From Candidatus Marinacidobacterales bacterium (GTDB taxonomy: Bacteria; Acidobacteriota; Vicinamibacteria; Marinacidobacterales; DATDRI01), in contig CBDCNP010000002.1 of the NCBI GenBank assembly GCA_965219415.1, positions 4,224,001-4,288,000 on the forward strand: DNA of 64,000 nucleotides, written 5' to 3'. Below the pieces are notes generated by a model. It was not told the DNA's origin and ran no database searches. It saw only the letters and a program-made list of their open reading frames with translations. A program made the position numbers and the translations under genes. The number at the start of each line of letters is the position of its first letter. Position 1 is the stretch's first letter. Positions 63,302 to 64,000 of the stretch are shown here, piece after piece.

Positions 63302-63610
63302 CGTCCTGTGCCAAAACTCGGCCCTTTTGAAATCGACCGCAAATCAGCAGCTTAGACGCCCTTGGAATCCGCGCAGAATCCAGGGTATTTCGCGCCGCAG
63401 GACTGGCTTCCGACCCCTGGGCTTCGGGGGGCGGGCGACAGGCCCACCGGGGGTGCGCACGGCTGGCTCAAATCGGCTGCGGGGCGAGCTGCAGGCAACG
63501 AACTGCGCACCCGGAAGAAATACGTATCCGACCGCGATGCCAGATTCAAGCAGCCCTCGGAAAGGTGCAAACTGCTGACCCGCTGGGCGTTCGAGTATTT
63601 TGACCAGACG
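63302..63610 (+). mobile_element. 309-bp MITE (A + D ends)
   Basis: Copy of 62388-62696. Confidence 0.9.
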
Positions 63611-64000
63611 GCGTCCGCCCGACGACATCGACCGGCTCTCCCTCGATTCGTTGCGTCCGGTTACAAGTGACGCTCTGCTCTTCACGTTCAAGCGGTGTCA
63701 TAACTACATCGCAGGTAACCAAGGACTTCAAAAGCCGGAGGCGTTTTGGGAGCTACTTAAACTTATCTTTTGCAAAATTCAAGACGAACGAAACGATGAG
63801 CTAAGTTTCTACGTCACCACGCAGGAACGGCAGAGCATGAACGGGCAACTCAAGGTCAAGAAACGAGTGCAAACCATCTTCGAAGAAGATGTGAGGAAAC
63901 GCTACTCGTCTATCTTTCGAGACAACGAAAAGATCGACCTGGAGCCGCGTGTTTTAGCCTATCTCGTTTCTCAGCTCCAATCTGCCTATTTGCTTGAGAG
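63611..64000 (+). pseudogene. N6-adenine methyltransferase (HsdM-like) fragment, 5'-truncated, runs off window
   Basis: FKRCHNYIAGNQGLQKPEAFWELLKLIFCKIQDE. Confidence 0.7.

Overview
GC-rich bacterial accessory DNA that is almost entirely a mosaic. Roughly 70 short transposon ends (hand count, more than one per kb) sharing a 5'-YGT-N7-A-rich tip, of the rve/IS481-like type, plus IS1-type GGTGCTT ends, cut the window into dozens of unrelated cargo segments of about 25 bp to 5 kb. The ends pair into recurring mini-elements (42, 94, 102, 147, 177 and 309 bp, plus a 166-bp IS1 MITE). Intact candidate parent transposases are present: two 349-aa rve copies, one 356-aa rve with ~102-bp TIRs, and one IS1-family copy. 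None of the rve- or IS1-type elements I checked has a target-site duplication, and genes cut at one tip do not resume on the far side. Two IS256 copies do keep perfect 8- and 9-bp TSDs, which argues against simple repeat mis-assembly. Cargo is a mix of intact, tightly trimmed nutrient/envelope genes (D-aminoacylase, BCCT, M20 hydrolase, flavin-triheme lipoprotein, spondin lipoprotein, DHDPS/OCD/D-TA block, ABC exporter) and many defence or toxin-antitoxin genes, often fragmentary. Two RNA-guided elements target the ends themselves: an ORF-collapsed group II intron whose putative EBS1 matches an rve end, and an IS1111 element with readable bridge/seekRNA guides matching an IS1 end. No rRNA, tRNA, CRISPR array or integron integrase was recognised. 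All family assignments come from motif recognition by eye, not database searches.
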